Source: Octopus vulgaris
Taxonomy: Eukaryota
Assembly (NCBI GenBank): GCA_951406725.2
Contig: OX597824.1
Coordinates: 53,568,001-53,632,000, forward strand
Direction of reading: 5' to 3'
DNA length: 64,000 nucleotides
The translations under genes and the position numbers were made by a program. Below, in pieces: positions 33,760-47,161 of this stretch (positions are counted from its first letter, which is position 1; each line of letters begins with the position of its first letter). The notes beneath the pieces were generated by a model. That model ran no database searches and was not told where the DNA came from. It saw only the letters and a program-made list of their open reading frames with translations.

Positions 33760-36700
33760 TAAAAGAAAAAAAAACGAAATTTTACTGCCATACAAAGCAC
33801 AGTTTCTCCTATGCATGATATCTCAGTGAAATATGTGTGAAACACACACATGAAGTCGACATCGGAGAGTTTACAATTTATAAAATAGAAATGGAACAAA
33901 ACTGTAAGTACATAAATTGAATAATTACGCATACACTCGAATGTCTACACAATCATATATACATTTTGATACCCATAGGACTACACATACATCTCAATGT
34001 TTACACAACTACGTGAAATTTACAGGACACACATTCACACATGAGAACACATGTCACAAACGAAGCAAAAACCAAAAACATTTTTTTTTATTTTATTTTT
34101 TATTTTTCGAACTAACACAGACAGAGTGAACCATTCATAACTTTAAAAACGCCACAAAAAACTATGCTCGGAGATAAACCTATCAACAAAAAAAATACAG
34201 ACGAATACAGATCTGTTAGTTTTAAGAAACTACGGTACAAGCAATGTTTACATGCAGAGAACTTGGTAACGGTGTTGTGTCAAGAAAATTGACCCTAAAC
34301 ACACAAATCCATCTCCTAATGTCAAAGCCCATCATGCCTCAATGATAACATAGCAAATTACAAACCAGTTAACCGGATCACAAAGGGCCACGTACTCGAT
34401 ATAGATCTGTTAGCCTTAAGAAGCTATGTTACGAGCAATGTTTACATGCAGAGAACTCGAAGACAGAGTTATCTCAAAAAATTAACCCTAAACAGACAGA
34501 TCTGTCTCCTAATATCAACGTCGAAACTTGTCATGCCTCACTGTTAAAAAAGCAAAATACAAACCGGAATTGTCATCGACCAGATTACAAAAGGCCATGT
34601 ACTCAAATGAGGAACCTGATTCAATATGAGAAATCAGCTACTGGTCCAAATCTTCCTGACACACAGGAGCTGGAAGTACCCCATAACTGGAATATTCCAA
34701 CAGATGGCCATCCATGCTCATCATCAAACAACCAAAAGAAAAAGAATGAAAAATAGTCTAGGGGAGATAATAAAGAAGTTCTTAAGGCCTTCTATCATGC
34801 CAAGTATTTCCCCACAAATAAATCTAATACTGTACAAACCTATTCAAACTGGAGACAGAAACACCTTGAAGTAAGACCCTACATAGACAGTAACAAACTT
34901 GCCAACATCAGTAGAAACATTATGAAAAAAAATTACTAACTGAAGTAGAGATTGACCAAATTAAACAAGCAGTAAGGGACAAAAAGAACGAAACTGCAGC
35001 TAAAGGAGATACTACAGGGCTGATGAAAATGCAGTAATGATTGAAAGAGTTAATGTAACTGATAGACAAAGTGAAATACTCTCTGAACCAACCATAAACA
35101 CTAAAGCAGATGAAAATCAAATAGATGAAGGAAGTCACACACAAATTGACCCAGCAGAACTACATGATCTAAAAAATCAAATCATGGTTGAATGGCTGAA
35201 AATTAAAGAAACCAGCATGAATGAACACGATATTCTCCCATAAATTCGCAATTCTAACCAAAACCTGAAAATAATTGGTAAAATCCGCCTCGCACTTAAG
35301 GATATAATTTCAACTAATGATCTCAACCACCTGTTCTATGCATCCACGAAAATCTCAATGACTCTATGTGGTGAAAAGATTAGAAAACAACAACATTCCC
35401 ACAAAAGGCCTTCTTGGCAAGAGCGTATTCAACACCAAATTAAGCTGCTTAGGTCTGACATAGAATGTTTGAAAAACTTTAAGTTTAACAAGACTATCAA
35501 ACCTACAAAAACCCGAAAAATAAAGAAAAATATAATATGAAGACCATATTTGACATTGATACCACCATAGAAACCATTAAGCAAAAGGTATGTGCTAAAG
35601 CTGCCCACATAGCAAGGTATGAAAAGCACATTAAATTCTTCAAGGACATGTTCAAAAATAACCTCAAAAAATTTTACAGGAAGATAGGGAAGATACCAGT
35701 TACAGTAAAGACTGTCCTATCAAAAGAAGAAGTGCAAGAATTTGGGAATAAAATTTGAGAAGAAAAAACACACAATGAAAAGGCCCCTTGGATTGATAGA
35801 ATATCTAGATTGATAGAATATCTTAGAGGAGCAAAAGTGGGAGGGTGTCAAGGTAGAAGATATGATATCTGCTCTCAGGAGGTCAAGCAAATGGAAGTCT
35901 CCAGGAAAAAACAAAATTCTTAACTTCTGATTGAATACCTTCCCAAAGAGCCATGAACTGCTAACAAAACTTTACCACGATGTTTTGCAACATCTCAGTA
36001 TGATCCCCTCTTGGCTAGTTAATGGTTTAACATTTCTACTTCCAAAAAATGAAAAAACAAATGAACCAAAAAATTATTGACCCATAACCTGCTTAACAAC
36101 AATGTATAAAACGCTAACATCTGTCCTGATTGAATATACCTATAGTTTCTTAATAGAAAGTAGCATATTCCCTTATGAGCAAAAAGGATGTAAACATGGA
36201 TCTTATGGTTGTAAAGATCAGCTACTCATCAATAACTTGATCTTAGAAGATTGTCACAAATGGCACAAAACCTTGTCAATAGCCTGGATAGACTATAAAA
36301 AAACTTTTGATAGCCTACCACATAGTTGGATTAAGAAATGCCTGGAAATGTATAAAATAGCGCCTACTCTGCGAAACTTTTGTCTGTAACTATGAGATCA
36401 TGGAGAACTACACTGACTTTGAACAGTGGCAATGAATCTCTAAATGCTGGAGATGTAAGAATTTCATGTGGCATTTTCCAGGGTGACTCACTATCACCAC
36501 TCCTCTTTTGTCTAGCCTTAATACCTCTCTCAAAATTGCTCAATGATGCACAGTACGGTAACAAAATGTTTGATGAAAATATAAATCATCTCATTTACAT
36601 GGATGATTTAAAGCTCTGAAAGAAATGACCAACTCCAGAGCTTACTAGCGATTGTTAAACAATTCAGTGATGACATCAGGATGCAATTTGACCTCGATAA

Positions 36701-38305
36701 ATGTGTAAAAGCTACCTCTATCAAAGGTAAAATGAAAGAAACATCTAATGTTAACCTTGACCAGCAGAATGTCATAAAAGAGTTAGAACTAGTGGAGAGC
36801 TACAAATACCAAGGGGTAATTGAAGGGGATGGAATCAAACATTCAGTGATAAGGGAAAGGATCAGAAGAGAATGTTATCACAGGGTGAGAGCAATACTCA
36901 AGACAGAGCTGAATGCAAGAAACAGGATGGAAGCAATCAATGCTTTAGCCATACCAGTTGTGACTTACAGTTTCAATATCATTAACTGGTCAATTACTGA
37001 AACGAAATCTTGACAGAAAAATACACAAACTGTTGACAATGCATAGAATGCACCACCCTAAGGCAGATATAGAACGACTTTATCTGCCAAGAAAAGAGGG
37101 AGGTTGTGAACTTTTATAACTGGCATTAACAATGAAATTTTCCACAATTGGCCTAGACACCTACCTGAAAAACTCTGAGGACTGGATGTTAAAACTTGTC
37201 TCAAAACATGAAAACAAGCATCATACTCAGTAACAAAACAGGCAAAGGAATATCTAAGTGAATTCCAAATACAACAAATTCCAGAATTAGATGCACTAGA
37301 AACAAGCGCAGAAAAAGCAAAGCACATGAAAACCTGTGCTAAAACTGCTGCCTTAGATATTCTGACTGATAAATAGCAAGAAAAACCTCTAGCAAATACT
37401 CAAAGAGAGCAAGTAATATCAATGTTGACAAAGCCCTTACCCATCAATGGCAAATAGCTTCTGGCTTAAAATCAGAAACAGAAGGGTTTCTCAAAGCAGC
37501 CCAAATCAATGCCTACCTACAATGAACTACCAGGCCAACATATTAAAAAATGGCAGCTCCCCAATATGTCGTGTATGTCAACAACAAAATGAGACCATTG
37601 ATCATGTTGTCTCCATGTACAGTTTTCTTGCGCCTACAGAGTATCTCAACAGGCATGATAGAGCTGCACAATATATTCACTGGGTAATTTGCAAAAACCT
37701 GGACTTGCCCCATGATAAAAACTGGTGGGAACACAAACCACCACCAGTGCTTGAAAATGACCACATCTCACTCCTCTGGAACTTCACCATTCAAACTGAC
37801 AGAATGATAAATGCAAATAGGCCAGACATATTGAAAGACTTCAAGCAAAAACCATGCCACCGCATTGATATGACTGTCCCAATCAATATAAACGTGTCTG
37901 TCAAGACCTACCAAAAACTGAGCAAGTATAAAGATCTTGAAATAGAAATTAACAAAATGTGGAACCTGAAGATTAAAACAATACCTGTTGTCATAAGTGC
38001 CCTAGGAATGATTGCTACCTAGCTCAGATACCAGGTAACCTCAAAATGGCATTAATTCAAAAGATAGTGCTCATGGGAACTGCCCATATCCTACGTAAAA
38101 TACTGTCTATATAATCTCAAATTTTAAAACAAACACAATTTTCTAATGGTTATTAAACATTCTCTAGAACAACACTATGTGCAAAACCAAATATATGGCA
38201 CCCTAGGCATAACAACAACATGAACATCTAACTTGTTGTCTCTTGAGATCCCTGGGTGAGACTTGGAGCCAACTTGTACAAATGCAAAGCAAAAGTCAAA
38301 CATAA

Positions 38306-38344
<39 letters not shown>
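33760..38344 (+). mobile_element. R4/Dong-like non-LTR retrotransposon (RT, CCHC-like knuckle, restriction-like endonuclease), degraded, (TAA)n tail; 5' boundary uncertain
   Basis: EQKGC..GSYGCKDQLLIN, WIDYKKTFDSLPHSW, GIFQGDSLSPLLFC, HLIYMDDLKL, CRVC..NETIDHVVS, RHD, RPD..IDMTVP..K..KYKDL, IPVVISALG; TAA repeats at ~38306-38344. Confidence 0.9.
34209..34605 (+). repeat. Two diverged ~193-bp tandem units near the 5' end of the R4/Dong element
   Basis: AGATCTGTTAG...AGCAATGTTTACATGCAGAGAACT at 34209 and 34402. Confidence 0.8.
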
Positions 38345-38345
<1 letters not shown>

Positions 38346-39255
38346 GTACTGTCAACTATAACATAAACCCCCAAAATGAGAATAGTAATATTAATGTAGA
38401 AGTGGAAAATAGAAATGGCAGTGTTAATACTTCTAATATACACAATTGTAACTCCGGTGCCTAAACTAGCATAGAAATAAATGATATGCCCACTGATGTT
38501 GAAGCAGATCTAAATGATACTACAATTGAAGGAGAGATAGATAATAGCAGACATGAACATAACACTTAACAGTAGCAGTAGTAATAATAATAATAATAGT
38601 GGTGGTGGTGGTGGTGTTGGCGGCAGCGACGACGACGACGACAATCTGAATATCAATAATACTAATATCAATAGTAGTAATTCTCCTAGTTGCACTGTAG
38701 AGCCAATGTCTTACCCCGAATGTGATCTATAAATGTACGATCATAACTACAACTGGTAACTTTATATATATTGGATATTCGATTAATATGAAAGAAACAT
38801 CTGTACAATCACTTTTCCTCTTTTTATACGTCATTATCTAGTAAGATTTGGGAACTGAAAGTGGAATTGAGTTTAGCCTTAAATGGGAAATAATAAGAAT
38901 AGCACAGCCTTATAAAAATAGTAGATACGGGTGCGAGCTGTGCTCTATGGAAACATATGAGATTTTTAAGCATAAAGACAAGAGCAACCTGATTAACAAT
39001 AGATTAGACCTTTTTTGAAATTAGCGCTTTATAGGTGTTGTACATGAAATGAATTGATGGAAACTTACTTTTAATATTTTAGTGGTAGATCTGAATATTC
39101 TTACCCTCTGATTCTAAATATATATATAATAAATTTAGATGATATTCAGTTACATGAGGAATTAAAGTACACTGCATATAATATAAGCTATATAGTATAG
39201 TAAATTAGAGTGCTACATGTAGTTAGTATACTATCCTATGAACTAGTTAAACTAC
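38345..39255 (+). mobile_element. Penelope-like element 2, GIY-YIG part
   Basis: QCLTPNVIYKCTIITTTGNFIYIGYS...KIWELK...LKWEIIRIAQPY...CELCSMETYEI...NLINNR. Confidence 0.75.
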
Positions 39256-39257
39256 TA

Positions 39258-39450
39258 GTCGTGACTTACAGTTTCAATATCATTAACTGGTCAATTACTG
39301 AAACGTAATCTTGACAGAAAAATATGCAAACTGTTGACAATGCATAGAATGCACTACCCTAAGGCAGATATAGAACAACTTTATCTGCCAAGAAAAGAGG
39401 GAGGTTGTGGACTTTCACAACTGCCATTAACAATGAAGATTGCCACAGTT
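39258..39450 (+). mobile_element. ~190-bp internal fragment of the R4/Dong family
   Basis: Aligns by eye to ~36958-37150 with scattered substitutions. Confidence 0.88.
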
Positions 39451-39469
39451 AGTTTAACTTCATGATGAT

Positions 39470-39780
39470 TTTAGTAATTAATCTATTTATCCCTGGTTGC
39501 AGAACTGTTTCCGGAGGGAAACGCCATTTTTCAGGATGATAATGCACTAATTCACACAGCTTAAGTTGTTACTGAATGGCACGAGGAACATTCTAGTGAA
39601 GTTGAATATCTTATCTGGCCACAATCCCCAGATTTCAATGTCAGTGAACATTTATGGTGCATTTTAGAGAAACAAGTAAGGAGTCGATATCCTCCACCAT
39701 CATCACTATAAGAACTGGAGACTGTTTTAGCTGAAGAATGGAAACAGTTCAAACTTTGTACAAGTCCATACAAAGAGAGA
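39470..39780 (+). mobile_element. Tc1-like transposon, 3' catalytic part
   Basis: FQDDNALIHTA...LIWPQSPDFNVSEHLWCILEKQV...ELETVLAEEW (second D and E of a DD34E-type triad). Confidence 0.85.
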
Positions 39781-40614
39781 AAGTAAATAAGTGAGTAAGT
39801 ATATATGTAAGTATATATATGTATGAAAGTATATAAGGATGTATGTTTGTACATACGTATGTATACAGGTATGTAATGTATGTATGCATGTCGGAGAGAA
39901 GAGAGAGAGAGTGTGTGTGTGTGTGTGCATGCGACATGATTATTGTACATGAATGTCATTCATTTTCAATATTCTCCAAAAATATGTCTGGCTATGAGGA
40001 AATATTACCTTACTTGGAAACAGGTGAGGGTTGGAAACAAGAGGGACACCCAACTGAATAAACTATGTCCAACACATGTAAGCATGGAAAAATGAACTTT
40101 AAAATGACAACAATGACGAGGATTTACCATACAATTAGAATAATACACACTTGTTTACCTCACACACACTAAAATGTTAAGTGAAGTCAATTAATTGCTG
40201 TTTTTGTGATTAGTGATAATCATTAGTGTGCAATCAACTGTATTGATTTCAAGATGAAAATTAGCCATAAGATTTGTGATATCCATGCCTATCCTAAGGA
40301 CAATAGTAGTGCATGTGAACTAAAATAAATACAAATTAGAAATGTAACATGAAACCAGTTGATTGGGAGCTAGGTCCTTAATTATTTGATTTGTGGGGTA
40401 TTAAATAATTCTCATCATGCACTTATTGTCAAATTTACAGCACTGAATGATTTATTCAAGATATTGGTATTGATTGTAATTATTCTGATTGTCTCATCCT
40501 CACAATATCTAAGATGAAAGAGACTTACTTAATTCCATAATACTTCAGTTATCAGACTCACACTCACTCTCACTAACAGTTTTAATCCTAAAATTATATT
40601 TTTGAGCAAGACAA

Positions 40615-40830
40615 TCATCATCATCATCATGCGGGCATGGCTTAGACAGTTTGACCAAAGCTGGCAAGCTGGAAGACTGCACCAGACCCCAGTTTGATTT
40701 GGCATGGTTTTCTATGGCTGGATGCCCTTCCTAATGCCAACCACTCTGAGAGTGTAATGGGTGCTTTTACATGCCACCGGCATGGGTGCCATTTGTGTGA
40801 CACCTGGGTGCTTTTACATGCCACCAGCAT
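40615..40830 (-). mobile_element. SINE 3' part
   Basis: (CAT)n tail and GGCTGGATGCCCTTCCTAATGCCAACCAC. Confidence 0.75.
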
Positions 40831-40960
40831 GAATTATATTTAGACAGCCAATTCATGTGACACCAGTATCTGTCACAATTGCGATTTTGCTCAGCATGAT
40901 GGGTCTTCTCCAGCATGGCATAATGCCAAAGGTCTCAGTCATTGCTTATGTAAGGCCCAC

Positions 40961-41044
<84 letters not shown>

Positions 41045-41218
41045 CATATATATTAATAGTTATCGCCATTCTAATATGGCAGTCTAAATATAAGACTAAA
41101 GCTGTCGCTGATTAGCTCCAAGAGGCCATCGCCTCTAGCTAGCTATATGACACGAACCTGCATCCATTACAACCTTCGAACAGGGGAGGTCAGCCGCTTC
41201 ACCTTGCTAGTCAGACAT

Positions 41219-41259
41219 CTGCAGACATGTTTCAGGATTGTTGCCCTTTATCAATGCAG
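41219..41259 (-). ncRNA. Minimal type-I hammerhead ribozyme, U3-A8 variant, core intact
   Basis: Minus strand: CTGCA-TTGATAA-AGGG caacaa TCCT-GAAA-C at G-TC-TGCAG; palindromic ACATGT stem III; GUC site. Confidence 0.78.
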
Positions 41260-41614
41260 CGTAGTCAGAACCAGCAGGTGTCGCTACTGACCGTCTGTTC
41301 AAAGATTTTATTTACCTAGTTACAGTGGAATACATCCACTTGTTTTCAATAATAGAAATATTAAAATTATATATATATACATATATATAGAAATATTAAT
41401 ATTTCTAAATCTCTCTAAAGGAGACTACGGCAGCAGTACTGGATATTAATAGTTATCACCAAGCCAACATGGAAGTCCAGGAAAATAGGACAAATGCTGC
41501 CGTTGATTAGCTCCAAGAGGCCATTGCCTCTACCTAGCTATGTGACACACGAACCTGTGTCAATGATAACCTTCAAACAGGGGAGGTCAGCCACTTCCCC
41601 TTACTGGTCTGGCA

Positions 41615-41657
41615 TCTACAGACTAGTTTTGGGGTATTTGCCCCTTATCAATGTAGA
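41615..41657 (-). ncRNA. Minimal hammerhead copy, U3-A8, G12 changed to A
   Basis: Minus strand: TCTACA-TTGATAA-GGGG caaata CCCC-AAAA-C ta G-TC-TGTAGA. Confidence 0.7.
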
Positions 41658-41807
41658 GCAGCCGAACCCAGAAGGCATCGCTACTGACTGTCTGTTTGAA
41701 GGAATATTTACCTAAATTCAGTGGAATACATCTACTGATTTTCAAAAATAGAAATATTAATATTTCTAAGTCTCTCTAAATGAGACTACAGCAGCGGTAC
41801 TGGATAT

Positions 41808-42092
41808 CGTGGCCATTGCCAGCCTTGCCTGGCCTCCGTGCCGGTGGCACGTAAAAAGCACCATCCGATCGTGGCCGTTTGCCAGCCTCGTCTGGCACCT
41901 GTGCCGGTGGCATGTAAAAAGCACCCACTACACTCACGGAGTGGTTGGCGTTAGGAAGGGCATCCAGCCGTAGAAACATTGCCAGATCAGACTGGGCCTG
42001 GTGCAGCCTTCTGGCTTCCCAGACCCCAGTTGAACCGTCCAACCCATGCTAGCATGGAAAACGGATGCTAAACAATGATGATGATGGTGATG
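41808..42092 (+). mobile_element. SINE 3' part inserted at a unit junction of the array
   Basis: GTGCCGGTGGCACGTAAAAAGCACC repeats, GGAAGGGCATCCAGCCGTAGAAAC and (GAT)n tail; interrupts GGATAT/TAATAG. Confidence 0.85.
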
Positions 42093-42263
42093 ATTAATAG
42101 TTATTGCCAAGCTAACATGGCAGTCCAGGAAAATAGGACAAATGCTGCCATTGATTAGCTCCAAGAGGCCATCGCCTCTAGCTAGCTATATGACTCACAA
42201 ACCTGTGTCAATTATAAACTTCAAACAGGGGAGGTCAGCAACGCCTGCTGGGTTCGGCTGCTC

Positions 42264-42302
42264 TACATTGATAAGGAGCAAATACCTCAAAACTAGTCTG
42301 TA
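42264..42302 (+). ncRNA. Minimal hammerhead copy in the inverted unit, U3-A8, G12 changed to A
   Basis: TACA-TTGATAA-GGAG caaata CCTC-AAAA-C ta G-TC-TGTA. Confidence 0.62.
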
Positions 42303-42470
42303 AATGTCAAACTAGCAAGGGGAAGCAGCTGACCTCCCCCTGTTCAAAGGTTATAATGGACACGTGTTCGTGTGTCACATAGCTAGCTAGAGGCAATGGC
42401 CTCTTGGAGCTAATCAACGGCAGCATTCGTCCTATTTTCCTGGACTGCCATGTTAGCTTGGCGATAACTA

Positions 42471-42532
<62 letters not shown>

Positions 42533-44939
42533 TGTTTAACATTAATCTTACATGGGTAGGACAGCTGACAGGAGCCAACCAGGTAGAAAAACTACCCTAA
42601 GCTACTGTGTCAGGGGCTGAAAGGGATTTATCTCCCCACTAGCAATATAAACAAGAGTACATTTTGCATCCAAAGCCAATATGAGAGCCTCTCTCATAGT
42701 ATCAACCACAATATAATTTGTTTTAATAGAACATTCTCTTTTAAGTGGAGATATACTGCCTTTGTTGCTAATATATATATATGGGTTTTTTTTCCATTAG
42801 CTAACCATTGGAAATGACCCCTCAAAATAAAATTTTAATTCCATCTCTTAGAATTTCGTTAAGTAAATTACTCGTTTCTCCTCCTGTTTAATCTCATTTC
42901 TATTACCATATCTCGTCCTGCTGTCCCCAAGCAAACTTGCTTGTTCGTGGTGCGCCTGCTCTTTCCCGCCCCCACCACCAATGCCGGATATCTCTATTGT
43001 ATTGTCCCACTATCTACACCGGATATCCCTTCTCCCACCACCATAACAGTTGTCTATTCTCACACATACTTCACCGATTATCTTATGTTCTGTTCTGTCT
43101 AGAAATTTGTCATCACCCCTTCCAGTTATCTCTTTTCCTAATTCCTCCTCCTCCACTGGTGCTGTTCCCTATATTCCTGCACACTCTCATCTCTCTCCCT
43201 CATTCTCTATCTCTCTCCCTCTCTATCTCTCCCTTCTCTTTATCCTTCTCCCTCTCTTTCTCTCTCTCTTTATCTTTCTCCCTATCTTTCCCTATCTCTC
43301 TCCCTCCCCCTCTCTCTATCTCTCTCCCTCAGCTATCTGCCCACCTACTTAACCGGCTATCTTTCGTTCCATTTTCATTCTGTATAGAAACATGCCAACC
43401 ACTACCCAGGAATTTTCCCTTGGCCTTATGAAGTGAAGGAGAAAGCTATTAAGCTGCCCATGTGTACTTATTTCTGAGTGTGCGTGTGCTTGTATATATA
43501 TAGGAATGAGCTTGTTTCCTGTCTGTCTAAACCCTTCCCCGCTGGTGGTACCCTCAATTATTCCTGCAATCCCCCTCTACTCGGGCAATGCAACCATTTC
43601 AGCTGACACCCTCCTAACCTAACATTGGAATATCCATATTTGCCAATTTGCTACACCGCTTGAATCTGCATCATTCATGACCATAATGCTTATGCTTACA
43701 ATGCTACTAACACCAGCTCCTACCTCCAGTAGGGGCAACATTCTTAACATGCTTGAATGTTGTCGGGTCAGAAGAGAGGAAGAAGAGAGAAAAGATGAAG
43801 CATGCCTAACAAACGAACACCACCACAACAAGCCTCTTCTTTTCATATATATTAAGTTGAAAAATATAAGTTTTTTTTTAAATATTACTTTTATTCTATA
43901 CATTGTAGCTAATGACAAGAGCAATCTACTTTGTACGTATTTAAAAAATCATTTTATTCACCTGTAAATTCTTTCCAACTCATTCAGGTCACTTGAGTAC
44001 AGATATTTTAAAGGAAAATTGTATTTTCTACACAAAGGTGGATTGAACCCTTAGTGTTAAGATGAAGACATCCACCAGAAGAAAGAGAATCAACAATTTA
44101 GAACTGCCAATGGTCTACTCAGATTTTAAAGTGAGAAAATTAAATGTATTTTGTAGTTTTATTCACTTTAACCATCTCCTTATAAAAACTGTTGTTTTTA
44201 TAACTATAGACAGTTTTATCTATAATATTTTCAATTAAACATATTATTGTCATAAACATAATTTACCATTAGATTTAAGTCCAACAGCTTTACTGAAGAG
44301 ATTTGAATAAGCCAAAACATATGTATATAAATTAATAAGATAACTCTTTAAATATATTTTAAAAAAGGGATTAATCTCGCAATTTCTTAATTTTTTCATT
44401 TACAGAATGAAAGTAATCTATGAAAGTAAATTCTAATTTTCTCCTTTTACAAGAAGTGAACAACTCTGAGCGTATTATATGAACTGGAAAGCCCTTGTGG
44501 CCAATAAAAGAATTAATTATATTAACTGGAAATGGATTTCAGCCTCAACATGAATCAGGTTTTTTATGCATGAAATGTTTACAACCATATTAACCACACA
44601 CAATTCATGGGCTAATGATGGAACCAATACCTGCAACAAGTGTATCTCTTTTCTGAATAGAGAGAGATGGGCTAACCCTAAAATCAAAGAAAAATTTCCT
44701 CCCAAAAGGAAAATAATCAAGAATTTGAAATAATATCCTTATACAGAATTGTAGCATAGCTCTTATTCTGTCTCCTTAATCATTTCTCCTTGGGAAAATT
44801 CTGGTTGCAGATCAATAACTGAACCTGACACAGATCAATTTGTAGACTTATCTCTTTGAAAATTTTCCATTCTGGAAACAATTTCATCTAGCAACCATAC
44901 CTTGACACTAGAATTACTACAGCCAGTCACACTCTCCTT

Positions 44940-45390
44940 TTATCAGGTCATTAAAAATGAAATGTCTGATTTTGAACTGAAAGTTTATTTTACTTTATCT
45001 CAACAATAAGCAATGCAGTTAATTAAAGTATGCACCTACATTATCAACATAATTTTGCCATTTTATCAGTAGCTTATTTATGCCAGCAGCAAAGAATTCT
45101 GGAGAAGATGTGATGAAATCACGAAAGGCTGTTTTTGGATCTTCTTCAGATTTGAAGTTTTTTACTTGCAAAAAGTTGTCTAATGCTTAGAAAACATGAT
45201 AGTCAGTTGGTGCAAAGTCTGGTGAACATGGTGGATGACAGAGTACTTCCAAGTTGAACTGATGATGTAACTCATCAATGTTGATGTAACTCTTTTTAAC
45301 AAAAAATTGTCAGGATAAAACATTACAGTTAACAACTGTCAAACTTGGTGCATAAGAAAATCAGACATTTCATTCTTAATGACCTAGTAG
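44940..45390 (-). mobile_element. Internally deleted mariner with both terminal inverted repeats
   Basis: LEVLCHPPCSPDFAPTDYHVF...KWQ...GAYF; TIRs CAGGTCATTAAAAATGAAATGTCTGATTTT and AAAATCAGACATTTCATTCTTAATGACCT. Confidence 0.85.
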
Positions 45391-45593
45391 TTTGATGTCT
45401 ATTGGACAGCAGACCAAAGGGCCATCGTTTTTCTTCTTAGCACAAAGTTTGAAGAACATTCTAGACAATATAATGTCAAGTGACTGCCTGTGAAAGCAGA
45501 CTTGTTATAAGAAGCACTGTTCTCAACAGCTAAGCAGAAAACATTCAAATTCCACAGGAACCACACCTGTCATACAGAAAATATGAAACAATA

Positions 45594-45629
<36 letters not shown>

Positions 45630-46396
45630 TTTTATGTGTCACTGTTTTTAGACAATTACCTTTTGCAAATATATAGTTATCTTCTACAATAATTGGTGAC
45701 CAATTTATGTTGATGAAATACCATACATTTGTGTTTAATTGTACTTTTGATAAACATTATCCAAACTGCTTCAACTTGTAATAGTATTAGTGCTTTCACT
45801 TAGAAATTTTACTGTTTTTCTTCATCTGCTATTTTATTTGTTGCTCTTCTTATACAGAGAGTATCTAGAATCAATACAACTTTGTTACTATTGTTGACAT
45901 TATTAAATAATTTTAATATTTGAACTACACTTATTAACTCTGTTCTCTTTGTCGTTTTTATATGTTTCTGTTTGCATCACCTAATTGTTTTCTTGATGTT
46001 ACACATCAAGGAAAAATAAAATTGTTATAATAAATAAATATCAACAAACAAATGATTTTAAGGTTATCTTACATGAAAATTCCCTTAATAAGAAGTTGTT
46101 GAGCAGCCTTCTTAATAAACACCTTTATCTCCATTTTACCACAAAAAAAAAATCGATGAGTGAAAAGGTTCCAATGATTTCTTGGAACAAGTATTTTATA
46201 AATGCCTTTTCACTAACAAAATTGAGATGATTTCTGTTTTTATGTTAGATAATCACTGCCTTTACATAAAAGAGGTTTATTTTTAGCAAGTTTTGAACTT
46301 ATGCACAGGTCAGTAGAAAAGGATCTTAACCATGAAGCAAGAATGTGTAAACAATAAATAAACAAGACAAAATGAATAACATAAGAGGAAATTTAC

Positions 46397-46437
46397 CTCC
46401 TCGCCTTTGCTGACATCCGACCACCTTTTACTGCATC
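46397..46437 (-). CDS. NEMF: NEMF micro-exon: DAVKGGRMSAKAR(R)
   Basis: Matches the (H/R)LSAKERR motif; CAG acceptor, GTAAAT donor; phase 0 to 2. Confidence 0.8.
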
Positions 46438-46851
46438 CTGCATAAAGAATTTAAATATTCAGCATTTTTGATTTTCTGGAAAATTACTTGGGGAAGTGAT
46501 GCAAGTGGGGTGGGAGTTATGGCTAAAATGTTTCCAGTTTCAGAGATTGTACAAATGGGAATGAAATTACTTTCTCTCAATATTTCCAGGTCAAGAACAT
46601 GAGAAAATTTTTCAATAATTCAATGCCTTTTTCAACTCAGTTAAATTCCCTCAACAAATGCTTTATGCTCAAAATTTTATTTTACAGCTAAAAATGATGA
46701 TTGAATGCTTTATTTCATCAGCTACAACCCCTCAATGGATCTGCTTAAGTAGAGATGACAAAAGCTCACCAACAACAAAAGCAAAATTATGCTCAGTTAA
46801 ACATTTCTTTGTGAGTCTTCTTTTCTAGATTTACATAAAACCCCAATTATA

Positions 46852-47161
46852 AACCAATCAAGAGCTGTTCTTCACTCCTGCTCCAGAGCGTCGGCTGCGG
46901 GGTCATTCCGAAAAGCTCTACCTGCGACGATTTCATCTCAATCGAAGGAGAGGAGCTTTCTCCGTCCGGGTTGCGGATCCGTGGAACAAGCTGCCAGACG
47001 AGATGGTGAAGATGCCGATGACCACTTTGTTCAAAGCCTCCCTGGACCTCAAGTGGCCTGAACTCTTTACATGAACACCACCCTGTACTTAGCTCCATGT
47101 CCCCCTACATGGCCTTGCTATTTGCTTTTGAGCCAAATTAACTAACTAACTAACTAACTAA
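46852..47161 (+). mobile_element. CR1 LINE 3' fragment (third family) with (TAAC)n tail
   Basis: RLRGHSEKL...RRGAFSVRVADPWNKLP...FKASLD; CpG-rich and open, so probably young. Confidence 0.88.

Larger units (their letters stand above)
41051..42476. mobile_element. Retrozyme/pLTR-like array: ~365-395 bp units (41051, 41444, partial 42093) plus a terminal inverted unit (42240-42476), flanked by microsatellite
   Basis: ATTAATAGTTAT...GATTAGCTCCAAGAGGCCAT...CAGGGGAGGTCAGC repeated three times and once inverted; each unit that extends far enough carries a hammerhead motif. Confidence 0.85.
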
